64,000 nucleotides of DNA, from positions 62,001-126,000 of the forward strand of contig NW_021836144.1 of NCBI RefSeq assembly GCF_006345805.1, written 5' to 3'. Positions 1-12,887 of this stretch are shown here, piece by piece. The position numbers were made by a program, and so were the translations under genes. Source of the DNA: Octopus sinensis. Lineage: Eukaryota. The notes beneath the pieces are model-generated. The model had not been told where the DNA came from and searched no databases. It saw only the letters and a list, made by a program, of their open reading frames with translations. Each line of letters starts with the position of its first letter. The stretch's first letter is position 1.

Positions 1-19
1 GCAGACACACATACACACA

Positions 20-174
20 ACAGGTTTCTTTCAGTTTTCATCTACCAAATCTACTCACAAGGCTTTGGTTGACTCAAGGCTATAGAAGAAGACACTTGCC
101 CTAGGTGCTAGGCAGTGGGACTGAACCCAGAACAATGGTTGGGGAGCAAGCTTCTTACCACACAACCATTGCAC
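20..174 (-). mobile_element. tRNA-derived SINE family 1, diverged 5' half (runs off window edge)
   Basis: Reverse complement aligns to the head of the copies at 12888 and 50097 (…ggtaagaagcttg…ctgggttcagtcccactg…gggcaagtgtctt…ttgtgagtagatttggtagatg…actgaaagaa). Confidence 0.85.
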
Positions 175-299
175 ATATGTGCTAAGGTAATGTAATTATA
201 ATTACAAAGGAGATGTAATTAGTAGTTAACCATGGAGGAAGATGTTCTGCAAACAATTAGCCAGAGTAAAAGCAAGGTAAAAATCTTTCAGGGAATTAT

Positions 300-780
300 T
301 ACCTTTGCAAGTTACAAAGGAATTATTTCACAATGTGAAAGGCAGATTGTATAACGCTTGTATATGAAGTGTAATGTTGCAAGTAATGAGAAATGGTTAG
401 TGAATGTGCAACCAAGGCAAAAACTAGAAAGAAATGAGGCAAGTATGTTCCACTGGATGACTAATGTGCATGGACAACAGAGCATGAATATGCCGAGAGA
501 AGAAATGGAAATGAGTGGAATCAGATGCAGTGAACCAAAGAGAAGATTAAGCTGTTGCAAACATGAGATGCGTATGAAAGATGAAAGTTTTTTAAAGTAA
601 TGCCAAGTGACCCATGTAGAAGGAATCTCTGTGACAGAGAAAGACTAATAAAAATATAGGAAGAATTTTCAAAAGAGGATCATAAGAGACAACCTCACGA
701 AAAGAAATGAGAAAGACTGCAACAAGGGGCAAGACAGTGCAGGAAAGGACATTGCAAACAATGTAATGATGGAAAACAGT
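300..780 (+). mobile_element. Decayed RTE-clade LINE, reverse-transcriptase C-terminus
   Basis: ORF 358-600 reads QKLERNEASMFHWM…GIRCSEPKRRLSCCKHEMRMKDES, matching RTE C-terminal motifs LERNE..MLRWM and RRL.W.GHV.RM; same family as remnants at 26.0, 28.3 and 40.2 kb. Boundaries approximate. Confidence 0.75.
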
Positions 781-3467
781 TGTGATATGATGATCTTTCT
801 TTCCCCACCACACATACATGTGTGTGAGCATGCGCATGTGTGTGTATTATTATTATTATTATTATTATTAAAATGAAATGAAACAAGGGGTGTAACACAA
901 CACTTATGAATTTTGAATTGAAGAATGACAAAATATCAACAGTGGGACTTGAACAATTATTAATTATTTAATTCATGTCTTAATCACACAACAACCATAA
1001 TTGATCATATTTGAAGGTCATATGTTGTTTTAAAAGCAGAGAAAATTATTCATATCTTGTGATTCCATGCCAATAGCAAAGCATTCAGTTCTACCAAGAA
1101 AGGCCTTTCAAGAATGACATAGCAGCTTGAATGAAGTGAATAAGGAAATTTTTATTGAGAAATATGCTTAATGAATGATGGATGACAATGAATATGCAGA
1201 GACACACGCATATATAAAAATAGCAGTATACATGAGTGTAAAAGTCTGTACAATATGCAAATGCATACATTTTAAAATATAAGCCAATATGGAGAAACAG
1301 ATGTTGTGCAATTTCTATTTTTGCAAGTGCTGCTGGTAATGACATAAACGCTGTTGGTGATGAAACATTATTTCATTCCACTTCTATTAACACAATTTAT
1401 GGGAAAAGAAATATTGATTCTTAAGTTATTCTAAATGACACAAAAATAGAATAAATGCATAAATAAAAATCACAAAAGAAACCAATAATTTTTTTATATA
1501 AAATAATCAATTAAAGAAAGAAAGAATTTAAGAATTGTTGAAAAGAAAAAGGAAAATAAAGTAAGAATTAAATAAAAGGAAAGAAAAGGAGGGTGATACA
1601 GAATAGGAATTGAACATCTATATATAAATACCCTGAAATAAAATAAATATTAGAAAACAGCGAAAGAAAAAGGACAAACAGTTAGAAAAATAAAAACTCA
1701 ATAATTCTCTAAAAAAAAAAAAAAATATACACATTGATATACAGAGCAAATAAATTGGAAATCTTAATTGAATTTGTTCAGGTTTGTAAACTTTCAGCAA
1801 CTGGTCATTCATCTTAAAATGTTCTTTGTGCTATGATGACTTGAAACTTAATGCAGAATAGCATTCTTTTCACAGGATATCACGACAGACTCTTCAAGAA
1901 CAATATTAAAATGCATACAGAAAAATACAGTCCTGTTTATGATTGTCAATGCATACTGAGGCAATCAGACACACACACAGGGAAACAGATATACTCAGTA
2001 GCACAGTCTTTCACAAAACACAACTCAGAGATACACATATAAACAATTCACAACAACCACAATGATGATGATGATGATAATAATGTTGTTATTATTCACA
2101 TACAATTAATTAGTGTCTATGCTGATTAATCAATAATAATCCATACCTGTTTTCTATTATTATAAAAGTTGCATGCAACTTGCTTTTGGTTAATTTTGTG
2201 CCTTATTAATTCACTAGAATCTAAGGGCAATTTTTCATTCCAGTTAATCAAATTAGTCTAGAAATATTTAATTTACAATTAATTATATTGCTATCTCTCT
2301 CACTCTTTCTCCCTCTCTGCTAAAGAATAAATAATTTGGGAAGTTTACTACAAATTCTTGAATTTATTTAGTTAGCTTTTGTTGAAAAGGAAGCCTTGTT
2401 GTCAACATACAAATTATAACTCAGTTATAATCTTTGGTGCAGTAGCTGACTAGTTAACTAGTCAGATTAATAGTCCAAAACTGACAGTTAAAATCCTATC
2501 ACTGGCAACATTTTTTATCAAAGCAAAAATATTTTCCACTCATGCTAATTTCAGTGTATGAATGCTATACTTACTATAAACAGAGAAATCCTTCATAACA
2601 TATTAGATTATTGAAGATACTGGATATCTAAGAAACTGATGGTTTATGAAAGAAGTTTATGATTTTGTTTCTTTACTACTTTTTTTTAAGGGATAAACTT
2701 GCAAAAAATACTAACAAAAACATAAACACCATATCAGAGCCCAGAACTCTAAGCTCAGCTCATATAATAACCTTGTTAAGCACACTCCATAGCATGGCTC
2801 ACACTCTATGCACAATGCAGACAAAGCATACTCAAAACAGCCATCATCCAATAAAAGAACAAAACTCACATTACACATACCCTACTCGATCACCAAAATA
2901 ACACATTTGTGCACATAATCAACAACTAATACCAAAATACATCCCACAAGCCACACACAAATGATATTCCCAATAACATAATGCAACACAACCCACAGAG
3001 AACATACGCTATACAGTAACCCCAAACACTAAAACACATAACGCAACTTGTACAGTACACACAAAACACAATTATCAGCTGATAGGATAAGAACAGCCTG
3101 CAATGTATGTAGTTGGCATGACAGATAAAACACTAAAGTAACATCAAAAACAACAAAACAAATTCCATACTCTAGACAATGCAGCCTACACAACAGGGAA
3201 ACAGAGGTGTATTTGGTGGTACAATGAAAACATGGAAGAGGTTTTTGAAAACAGTGATAATAACAATTTTCACTATTTTATGATTGCTGAACAAATTCAT
3301 ATATTGCCAGTCAAAGCATATATGTGTACACCTTTGTTTGATATTGGGTTACTATTTATCAAATACAGACTTGTATATAGCATAAATAGTCCTTCATCTG
3401 TTTCAGAGTTAAGGGGCATCTTACACTGCAACTGTTTTAACACTACTGCCTGATGTTGGTGACTTAC

Positions 3468-3546
3468 GTTGAGTTCATCCTCATGCGTGCATTTCAGCCA
3501 AGCTCCTGGCAGGAGGTTATCATGATCACACAATTTCTGCACTTCT
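3468..3546 (-). CDS. Candidate internal coding exon, 79 bp, phase 2->0: (R)EVQKLCDHDNLLPGAWLKCTHEDELN; product unknown
   Basis: Acceptor cttttaattgttAG|a and donor aac|GTAAGTC; only one of three frames is open; GC content clearly above the flanks. No homology recognised. Confidence 0.45.
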
Positions 3547-3899
3547 CTAACAATTAAAAGCTAAAACTTCATTCCCTGGACAATCCTCTCTCATCTTTTC
3601 TAACATCTGTAGACACTGATCCAACCTAAACACTGCATATCGTAATTTACTAGCACACAAATTACACATCCTATTCCTCCCTGAGACACATCTCTCAACA
3701 CTAAACTGTAATCCATATCTGCTGCTCAGGCTACAATTTCTTTCACTTAAACTTCACACTAAAACATGGTGTTTACATCTATAGATTTTTTCCTCTCTTC
3801 CTCTCAAATTTCTTCCTTGAATATCTGCAACAAAGATATCCAGTTACTCTGGTTAAAAATCTCTCTCCCCATTCTTCCAAATATATTAGCTTTTTCAAA

Positions 3900-4230
3900 T
3901 GTTCTTTAGCTTACTCCAAATACTATCAATTTATCAACTATCAATGACAGATGTCTGAATTCACCCCTTTCCAATGTCATCATCATCATCCTCAGGAGTT
4001 TCAATGCCCACAACACATCTTGGCCCTCATTCTCACTCATACCAATAATGCAGGTGCAGAAATAAAATCTGCAACCCTAAACTTGTTACAGCAACAAATT
4101 TCATCCCCTACATTCATCCTTGATTTACACAAGGACACCAAACACTCGACCTAAACAAGACCAAAACTCTTACTGCACCAGTCAGATCATCTGACCACTG
4201 TTTCATTGCAGCTACCCACCACACATCCAT
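3900..4230 (+). mobile_element. Decayed APE-type endonuclease of a non-LTR retrotransposon
   Basis: Ordered motifs IIILRSFNAHNTSW (3982-4023, cf. ILGDFNAH..W), TLDL (4142-4153) and SSDH (4187-4198), with frameshifts between them; a second SSDHCF at 4919-4936. Confidence 0.65.
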
Positions 4231-6960
4231 ATATTTGACAATGCCAATACAACACCAAAACTCTATAGCTCTTGGAGCTAGTTGACAAACTAGAGCTACA
4301 CCAGATCAATGCTAACTATCATTGGTAGGAAATATGCTTCTCTCTTGACCCAACAGAAACAAATGAGCAGATGACTGAAAGCATCCTTTAGAAGCAGTTT
4401 ACATGCAACCTAGACACTTTATACCATAAATACACTGATTCCATGACAATCAACCTAAAAAAACACAAAAAAATCTTCCAATGGAGTAATTCCAATCTTA
4501 GTTCATTCAACAGTAAAAGAAAACAACAACCACTGTGCAACATGTTATCATGGGCAGCATGCAACTAGAGCTCTCAGGACAACTCCATATATTGAGCATC
4601 CTTGTCACTGAGAGTCTCTCTTGACAAATCTATGTTCTTAACATAAAAAAGAACAGTATCTCAGAGACAAGTCTTTCTCTTTACAATCAAAATGTACTTC
4701 AAGTTCAATCAAATAGTCTCAAGAAAATCTAGATCAAGGGCAAGATAGCTCATATGAGGTCCACAATAACGAATAAAGTGCTGCTCCCCACCACACAAAC
4801 TGTATATGCAGTATCTTCTCCCTACCTTTTCTACCACTACTACCATGGCCTGTGTTCCCTAGAACTATCTCCTTCCATATCACTGCCAATTAATCACACC
4901 AACCTGGCTCTTGCTCCCTCTTCTGATCACTGTTTCACTAAAATTTCCTTTTCTGCCATGTGCTACTGCAATATGCCAACCTTTAATGATGCACGCTCAA
5001 CATTAACAATGCAACTATATCTCATCAGTTCTTCTAATATGAAAAAGCTGCTACAGGTGATAAGTCATGCCCTTCCTTCACACAAAATGACAAAATACAA
5101 TTTCAATATATAATTTCAAATGAGCTTCTAAACTTAAAGAGATTAATGGGTTGTCTCAGAAGAGTACTAAGTATTTATACATGACATTTAATAGCTATTT
5201 TGGTAAATTGAAAGTCATTTATTTGAACAAAGCTTTGTTGGAAATGAAGAATATAAACCAATGATTATTTCCCCTTTCAGTGTTGTCAACTATTCTCAGT
5301 AATCAGCTATAGTTTCATTTCAATGAATGCATCAATAACCACCAATCCTCTTTTCTTCAACTAGGCCAAGTACTAAAATGATAAATGACTTTGAAACTTT
5401 GAAATGTTCCATTAGTTCTGCAATAATATTCAGGTCACTGATCTGTATAAGACAACAAATATTAGATCTTGGATATTTTGTGGAATTGTCAATTGCAAGA
5501 AAGACATCAAACTATTTAAAATTTCACAATTGTCTTAATGTCATGAAGAATGGTAATTGATTTAATTTAGTTAAACTGATTTATTTCAGTCAGAATGAGG
5601 AAAGCAGATTGTCTTTCTTTTAAAACAATTTCCCAACTTAAATATATTAAGTGTATGGAATTCTTACTTTGTGGTTGATTGGCTGTCATCAGGAAGAGGA
5701 TGAAACTCTCAAATGGTTAGACCAGGAAGAAATTGTGGAAGTCAATATTCATGAAAACTCACTTCTATGCATGACAGAAAGAGTATTACTTTCATCCTTC
5801 TTATCATAGTGGCCACATTTTTCATATACAATATCATCATATTACCATGTGTGTTTTATCCACAGAAGAACATCAACAAATCATAGCCATATTTTATTTA
5901 CATCTTATTTGTGTGGCCTAAATTGTCTAGTCTACCTAACAACTTCTCTAACTTTCTTTGATCTTCTATGACTTATTATTTTATGAAAACACACACACAT
6001 ACACACATATACACACAGACATGCATTTATATAGTGACCTTCTAAGTTACCAGCTGTCTAAATACAGATGGTAAGTTAAAACTTTGAAATCACTGTCAGC
6101 CTTTTCCTTGTAAAAAATAATATATATTTTACTTAAAAGTATTGAGTGATCCTTCAGTTTAACGTTAAATTGTATTTATAGATAACATTTACAGAAACAT
6201 TAGTGTGTGTGTGTGTGTTGTATGTGCAACACAAACCTGATATTTTTCCTTGCATGAGCTTCAAAAAACAGTATCAAGAGCAAATTCTGACCATCACTGA
6301 CCTAACAACATCTTTGACTTCATCAGTTGAGACAAACTGTTTAAGATTTTCCTACTCCTTTTTGTTTACTACTTAAGCTGCTATGCATTATAAAACCTTT
6401 TCTGTGATGGCCTAATGATCACTGTGCAATATGCTAAGTCTATGTCCAAAGAATTTTAAATGAAAAGCAGAGCTAAATAAGGCTGTGTCTTCATGCCAAA
6501 ACTTCTCGGTGTCTCTGTGCAGCACCTGAAACTTGTACTTGTGTTCTCATACAACGGTGTCTATTTCTCTGAGGTAGAAACTATTAGAGAAGTAGACACT
6601 ATCAAAGAGGTCTGATGACCTGCTCCGTAATATATAAAGACTAAAGGTTAAAAATAAGATAAGGAAACTTCCATCAGAGAAATAGTGTTTCCTGGTAATG
6701 CAATTATCAACTCTAACTTTGCAACCTATTTGGTCTCGTGTAGTCTCAAGAAAATCTAGATCAAAGACAAGGCGCAACGGTATGGATTCAGATGTGGCAT
6801 AAGGGTTTCAGTATTAAGGGCCACAAACCACCTTATCCTATATGCAGAACTCAAGAAGCAGATTGGCAAAACAACTACTACTCTCTCAAAACACTAAGAA
6901 AGTATGGGGAATAAACAACCCAGAAGATTTAAAATGTATGACACTATATGACAGTAATGT

Positions 6961-7218
6961 GGAGGCATGTGGCTTAGTGGTTAGGGTGTCAGCATCATGA
7001 TCGTAAGATTGTGGTTTCGATTCTTGGACTAGGCGATGTGTTGTGTTCTTGAGCAAAACACTTCATTTCACGTTGCTCCAGTCCACTCAGCTGGCAAAAA
7101 TGAGTAATGCTGCGATGGACTGGAGTCCCATCCAGCTGGGAAACATATACGCCATAGAAACTGGGAAACTGGGCCCATGAGCCTGGCTAGGCTTTAAAAG
7201 GGCACATTTATTTTTATT
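6961..7218 (+). mobile_element. tRNA-derived SINE family 3 with CORE-like central box
   Basis: A-box tggcttagtgg, B-box ggtttcgattc, central gtgttcttgagcaaaacacttc, T-rich tail; flanking near-duplication tatatgacagtaat (6945-6958) / tatatgagagtaat (7219-7232). Confidence 0.8.
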
Positions 7219-7838
7219 TATATGAGAGTAATATGATTCACATGAACACAATCTTCATGTATTACAGTTGAAGTGTATGCACAGAATCCTTAGGTATCAA
7301 ATAGGTAATTGATAAGATGCATAAATAAATGCATACATGTGTGTGTATATGTATGCATATGTGTATATACATCCACATATCTGCTTACATTCATATAAAT
7401 TCATCTTCTCCTTTTTCATGCATACTTTTCCATGCTTACTTGAGGAAGATTTTCTACAGCCAGATGTTCTTTCAGCCACCAACTCTCACTTGTTTTCCAA
7501 GCCAAGTAATATGTCTTCTAGCCCTTAGAACATGAACAGCTGAATGGCCCAAAATATCTTCATAGAAGATTGCAAACAACTGATGTTGCTTCTATGATGA
7601 TGAACATGTGACGTAGAGAAAACTCAAACATACATACTCAAATACGTACAAGGACTGAAACTGCTCTCATGAGTGCATACACATGCACCACACCATATGT
7701 GTCATGCACCTTCATATATGTTTACTAACTTATGTCTTTGCATCACTTATGTAAATAATAAGTAAAAAAATATGTGAACAAGGATAAGAGGAAAATATAG
7801 TGCATAGATGCATAAGTAAATGGATAAATAATAGAATG

Positions 7839-7877
<39 letters not shown>

Positions 7878-9103
7878 GGGTGAATAGATTAACAAATACA
7901 AGAATATGACTGCAAACAAGGTATGGAAATAAAGAGAAATGTATGAAAGAGGCATCAGTCAATGAAATCAGAAAGATTTACGTATTTGCAAGTCCTATAT
8001 ATTCTATGAAGGAACAAAGATGTAGATCATGCCCCAGGATAGGCTGTTACTATTGAGTGGACAGTGATGAGTGCTGGTGAAGTTGCAAGATGTCATAAAA
8101 GTATGATTATTGTTTACACAAAGAACTATTTTTTGCATTCTCAAACATACGAGTTGTAAACATTTCTATCTTTCTGATTTCACCAACCAGTTACTTGTTC
8201 ATTGCTTTAACTTCGTTTCTTAACCTATTTGCATCCATATTCAATTATTTATTCATCTAATCACTCATTCACATTTATTTTACGTGGCTTTATTGTTCAC
8301 CCATTTAATTATCATAGCATCTATTCAATTGTTTACTCGTTAACCTATATATTTATTTACTTGTTTCGTTCATTTACATAACCTGAAAGTATTCATACGT
8401 ATTTGCTACCTATTCTTGGTTACCTCTTCTCTACTTTGGTGATTTGAGGATGTGAACTAGAATACATATGTTGGAAGCATGTTCTTAACCATACATGTTG
8501 TAAACACATGATAGTGTATGTAATACATACTTGGTGCATACACATAGGTACATATACATGTTGAAGCATGTGCAAGTTCATCCACATGTATGTGCATGCA
8601 TCTTTAACTTCTAAATGGCACTTTATATATACTTATAGTGTAATTTAGAATTTAAATTGCATGATGTATATCTAGCACTTAAAACTCCACATGTAATCTC
8701 ATGTCTGAAGGGAAAGGATTTTGAGAGCTTGTGTTATAGTCTAGGCACTATTTGGTTAGAGTTTATACTTGGGTATGCCACACTACATCATTATTTTACA
8801 TCTGCTTTCTATTTTTCTATGCAGAGTAAAGTTACAGCCCTCACAGGTGTTGTGAAAGAGTATATATGAAAGAGTGAAAGAGATGACATGCTTATGTTTC
8901 CATATGTGGACTCTTGTTAATATGTGACTTATCTCAAGTGACATATTTTTGAATTCATCATCATCCTCATCATCGATTAACATCTGTTTTCTGCATTGTT
9001 ATTATTAATGATGCAAAAGATTTTTCACAATATCGTTATGTAACTGGAATAATCTTTATCACCATCTAAAGGAGTATACTGGACATATTTAAAACTTCTC
9101 TAC

Positions 9104-9197
9104 CTTAGAATAGGTTCTGTAATGTCATCATAATAAGCTGTTGATGATGGAAAAGAATGGTTGGTGAGCTCATTTTCACAAGATGAGAAAAATTCAT
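9104..9197 (-). CDS. Candidate coding exon, 94 bp, phase 1->2: (D)EFFSSCENELTNHSFPSSTAYYDDITEPIL(R)
   Basis: Acceptor ctcttcattacaacctgcAG|at, donor aag|GTAGAG; open frame, phase-compatible with candidates 12764-12848 and 3468-3546. Confidence 0.3.
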
Positions 9198-9890
9198 CTG
9201 CAGGTTGTAATGAAGAGAATGTATATTTAGTGTGCATGTGTGTTTACATGCAGGCATGCATTCATGCAAGCTTATACAACTAAACACGCAACCTGTTTAC
9301 ATAGGGAAGATGGATTTCAATGAAATAGCATATGACACTTTGGAATATTTTGCCAAAATTACTCAATGGAACTTTGCTGTTGTATTCAGTAAACATAAGT
9401 AAATGTGTATGAATATGCATATTTCCTTTAGGCAAATTACTTGACACTCATCAACAGTTTGCTGGTTTTAAAGTAGATGTTGCACAAGGGTAACTCTGTT
9501 TTCATTTTGGTATTTAGCAGTAGGAAAATAAAGAAGCTCAAAAATGCATTCCTCAACAAATGAAAACTTGCACAAAATATTTAATGCAATTTGAAACCTT
9601 CAAGAACTTGGTTTGACACTGTCTTGAACAAAAAGAAAAAAACAGTAAATCAGCACATGTTATGGAATAAATAGTATAATTAGTTAAATCCATTTAGAAA
9701 TTACTTGTTTTATCCTTCTTTTTAAGTATTATTATCATAAAAAAATTAAAATTCTTTCACTATGAACTATTTGGTATGAACTTGCTAACCAACACACTGC
9801 AACCTCTGACTCACAAACGCACCTCTTCACCCTGTTTCTTTCTATTACTATTGCCAGAGCTGGCTGGTCTTGTGCTGCCACCACCTACAC

Positions 9891-10148
9891 CAGTGTTTCT
9901 GAACTTTTTTTTCACCTATGGATTCCTTTGATTCCTATTTTACTCGGATGGACCCCCATAGCCATTTGCTATTTTTAAAAAATCACAGCATATCTTTACA
10001 ATTTCATACTATTAAGAATTGTATTAGAAAATTATTAAATTATTTTGTATATTGGAGAAGTATAACCAATATATTACAGATAAATTCTAACAACAAAATC
10101 TTATGTGGGACCCTCAAAGTCCATATGGACCCTGGTTGAGAACCACTG
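9891..10148. mobile_element. hAT (Charlie-like) MITE, 258 bp
   Basis: TIRs cagtgtttctgaac / gttgagaaccactg; 8-bp flanks acctacac / acctagtc (6 of 8 identical), consistent with a decayed hAT TSD; AT-rich non-coding interior. Confidence 0.75.
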
Positions 10149-10439
10149 ACCTAGTCCAAGCCTTGTACTAACCACTTTGCTACTGAACTTCCACTTCATA
10201 ATGTTATCCCTTTGGAATTCCCTCCTTGACCATACATTTCTTTCAGTCAAAGAACATTAATCGCATTGACTTCACTCGTCTCAAAATTTTTTAAAGTGCA
10301 ACCTCTTCATTCAAGCAAAACTATTGAAAAAAAATCATGCAAAAAACCTAAATTACGCATCCTGAGTTACTAGGTTGTCTCTATAACATTTAAGTGTTAG
10401 TGATTATATTAACTGCCTATTTTATTACATCACATAGTT

Positions 10440-10625
10440 TAACAGTGGTTGTTTAACATCAAATTAGTCTGACCAAAAAGATCTGTGATGAAAGAGATTC
10501 CATCTGTGACCTCCTCATTTATAATTCAGAAATATTACATCTAGGACTACATTATCTAGTGTATTCTTTTTTTCAAAGATGATACAGCAGTTTGTAAAAG
10601 ATCTTACCATTATTTCTGGCAGATC
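10440..10625 (+). repeat. Unclassified dispersed repeat; related diverged copies at ~14545-14740 (-), ~19245-19445 (-), ~54700-54800 (-)
   Basis: Shared degenerate core resembling aaga.ggtag.gtg..atttg.g..agattt.g.t..tatttct.gca, seen by eye in the four places. Confidence 0.45.
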
Positions 10626-12763
10626 AAAGTTACAATATAGTAACAAAAGGAAAAATAGAACAGAGAAAGCACAAAGACATAGGCTAGCCTTTCCTTATTT
10701 CATAACTCTATGTTTCTGGTATAAAATAAAAAAAAATTAAAACACTAAACCAAAAATAAATAAATAAATAAATAAAGCAGAATAAACCAAACTTCTTACA
10801 TTAAAGGACATAATCAGGGGAGAAGTAAATTAGATATTTTTTCAATCTATTTTGCTTTGTTTTTTTACAATGCTTTTTTAATTTTCTTTGTTTACTTTTA
10901 AGGAACTATGTGACATGAATAGGAATGGCAAACAAATCATACAACCAAATATTTCATATGATCAAAATGTTAATATCATCAAAGCAATAAATAGTCATTT
11001 GGAGATTAAGAGAGTTAATCCAACTTCAAAAGGAAAGTTTTTTAATTATAGAAATAGATGTCAGATTAATATCAAATCATGAGACAGTAAGTGTTTGGCA
11101 GAATGCAATGCAAACATACATACTTCCTACCAATTTTATGTCATCAGAGAATTGATCATAACTGAACTGGTTAGTAAATATACCTATAAACATAGTTCTA
11201 TCTGCAAATATACTAAATCAAGAGTATAAAATAATAATGAACTTGTATACAATGCTCAGGAGCAATACAATTCATCAGAAAAAAGTAGCCAAAAGTATAC
11301 TTTTGAACCTTTCGAAATTAAGACAAATATTTATGAAAATGATATGATGAAATATTTTTTTTGCAATGTTACAAAACACAGAAAAAAGGTAGTGAGGGCC
11401 AATCTTAGGATGTTGAGCTTTATGGAGGATATAACAAAACTATGGTTGGTAATTCACAACAAAACTGTGGTCCTAAAAGCATTATATTTACCTCTCCATA
11501 TATAGACAAGTAGGCCCCTGTAAAGAACCTTCTCACCTCCCATCTTCCTAACCCCCATTCTTCCATCACTTCTCTTACTATGGCACTATGCACTTGTTAC
11601 ATGAGTGCAAAACTACAGGTATTTCATTACTCCCTTTTGCGCTACCAGTTACCCACCTCACTAGAATCACTTCCTTTTAATATTCATTGTTCATTCTCAG
11701 TATCATCCCTTCCCACTTTATTTTCTACTGATCAGCCATTTCTGTGCCTCAAGTTATATTTCTCATTCCTCTAAGTTACCCAGTTTATATCCTCTTACAC
11801 CTGCCATAGGAGTCCTTCACTAACAAAAGCCACTCCTACATATCCATGACCTCCAGTGCTGTTATTGTATATCTCCCTCAGAACATCTTGTCTATCTGCA
11901 TGTACATTATACTGCTGTTCTCTACCCTTTCTGTAGCACCACTTACAGTCTCCACCTATCTCAGTCACTCCTGTTTTTCACCTCTCCTTCCAGTTGATAT
12001 TTACCCTTAACCAGATCTTTACCATTGTTCATCATTCACTGCATTCATCTCTACTCCCATTTCTAACAAACTATCACTCACTTCTCATATTTTTACAAAC
12101 TCTACCACACAACCTTCTCTATCATCTTTTGATATTCTCTCTTATACTCACCTTCTTATACTTTAAGAGAATGCTGTGGCATCTTGTTATTATTTTTATC
12201 TCTCCTTCCAGTTACTCCCATCAATACTTATACAATTTAGGACAACTATGCATCTCCACTACAGCATGGCACCTATTCCTGTTTCTCTATAAAAGTTTAG
12301 CCTCTCAACATATGGCATGAAGCCACCTCCTCGAATACTACGCCTCACTTAGTCAAATGTGATTCTTCTTTGTGTTGTGAGTCACTTGGTGACCTCATGC
12401 TTGTACCACAGAAAAAAAAAAAAGCATCCAGCATACTCTGTAAAGTGGTTGGCATTCTGAAGAACATTCATCTAGAGAAACCATGGCAAAGCGGACACTG
12501 GAGTTCAGTGCAGTTTTCCTGGCTCATTGGTTTTATTTGTGCAGTGGAACCCATGCCAGCAGAGAAGACAGATATTAAAGGATGATGATAATGATGATGG
12601 TAGGACACAATGATCATTTGTGTGAACTGAAGATTTATGTATCATGCCTATCAAAGTAGGAAGGCTAAATCATTAAATGATTGACTGTTCAATGATAACA
12701 GCAAGAAATTCAAATTTTACAAATGAACAAATTGACAAACGTATTCTTCCTCTTAGTTATTAC

Positions 12764-12848
12764 CATCTGGTTTTATTACAGCCTGGCCACAATATATGGA
12801 ATATCTCAATAATACAAACAAATAGTTCAATATTACAAAACCATTCAT
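12764..12848 (-). CDS. Candidate coding exon, 85 bp, phase 0->1: MNGFVILNYLFVLLRYSIYCGQAVIKPD; possible first coding exon with signal peptide
   Basis: Acceptor tttttttctttactaaatAAG|ATG, donor gatg|GTAATA; hydrophobic core followed by small residues (CGQA); phase-compatible with 9104-9197. Confidence 0.3.
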
Positions 12849-12887
12849 CTTATTTAGTAAAGAAAAAAATCAAAATGTTAAATGTTA

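Noticed and set aside
6290-6340. Minus micro-exon FVSTDEVKDVVR, phase-compatible with 3546
   Set aside because: Acceptor lacks a polypyrimidine tract.
6557-6599. 43-nt hairpin containing TGAGGTAG (let-7 seed)
   Set aside because: Too short for a pre-miRNA; the seed lies next to the loop rather than at the start of an arm, and the rest does not match let-7.
6961-7040. SINE heads as tRNA genes (also 12888, 14002, 17785, 50097)
   Set aside because: A/B boxes are present, but there is no cloverleaf or acceptor stem and each continues into a SINE body.
7430-7500. Minus donor GTAAGCA at ~7439 with an apparent exon
   Set aside because: The upstream sequence is a decayed family 4 body (…aacatctggctgtagaaaa).
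7594-7660. C/D-box snoRNA-like ATGATGA…CTGA
   Set aside because: ATGATGA is ubiquitous here because of (GAT)n tails; no terminal stem or recognisable guide.
10903-11086. Plus segment with strong acceptor and donor, 59 open codons
   Set aside because: The only open frame stops 4 nt before the donor and no homology was recognised; not supportable as an exon.
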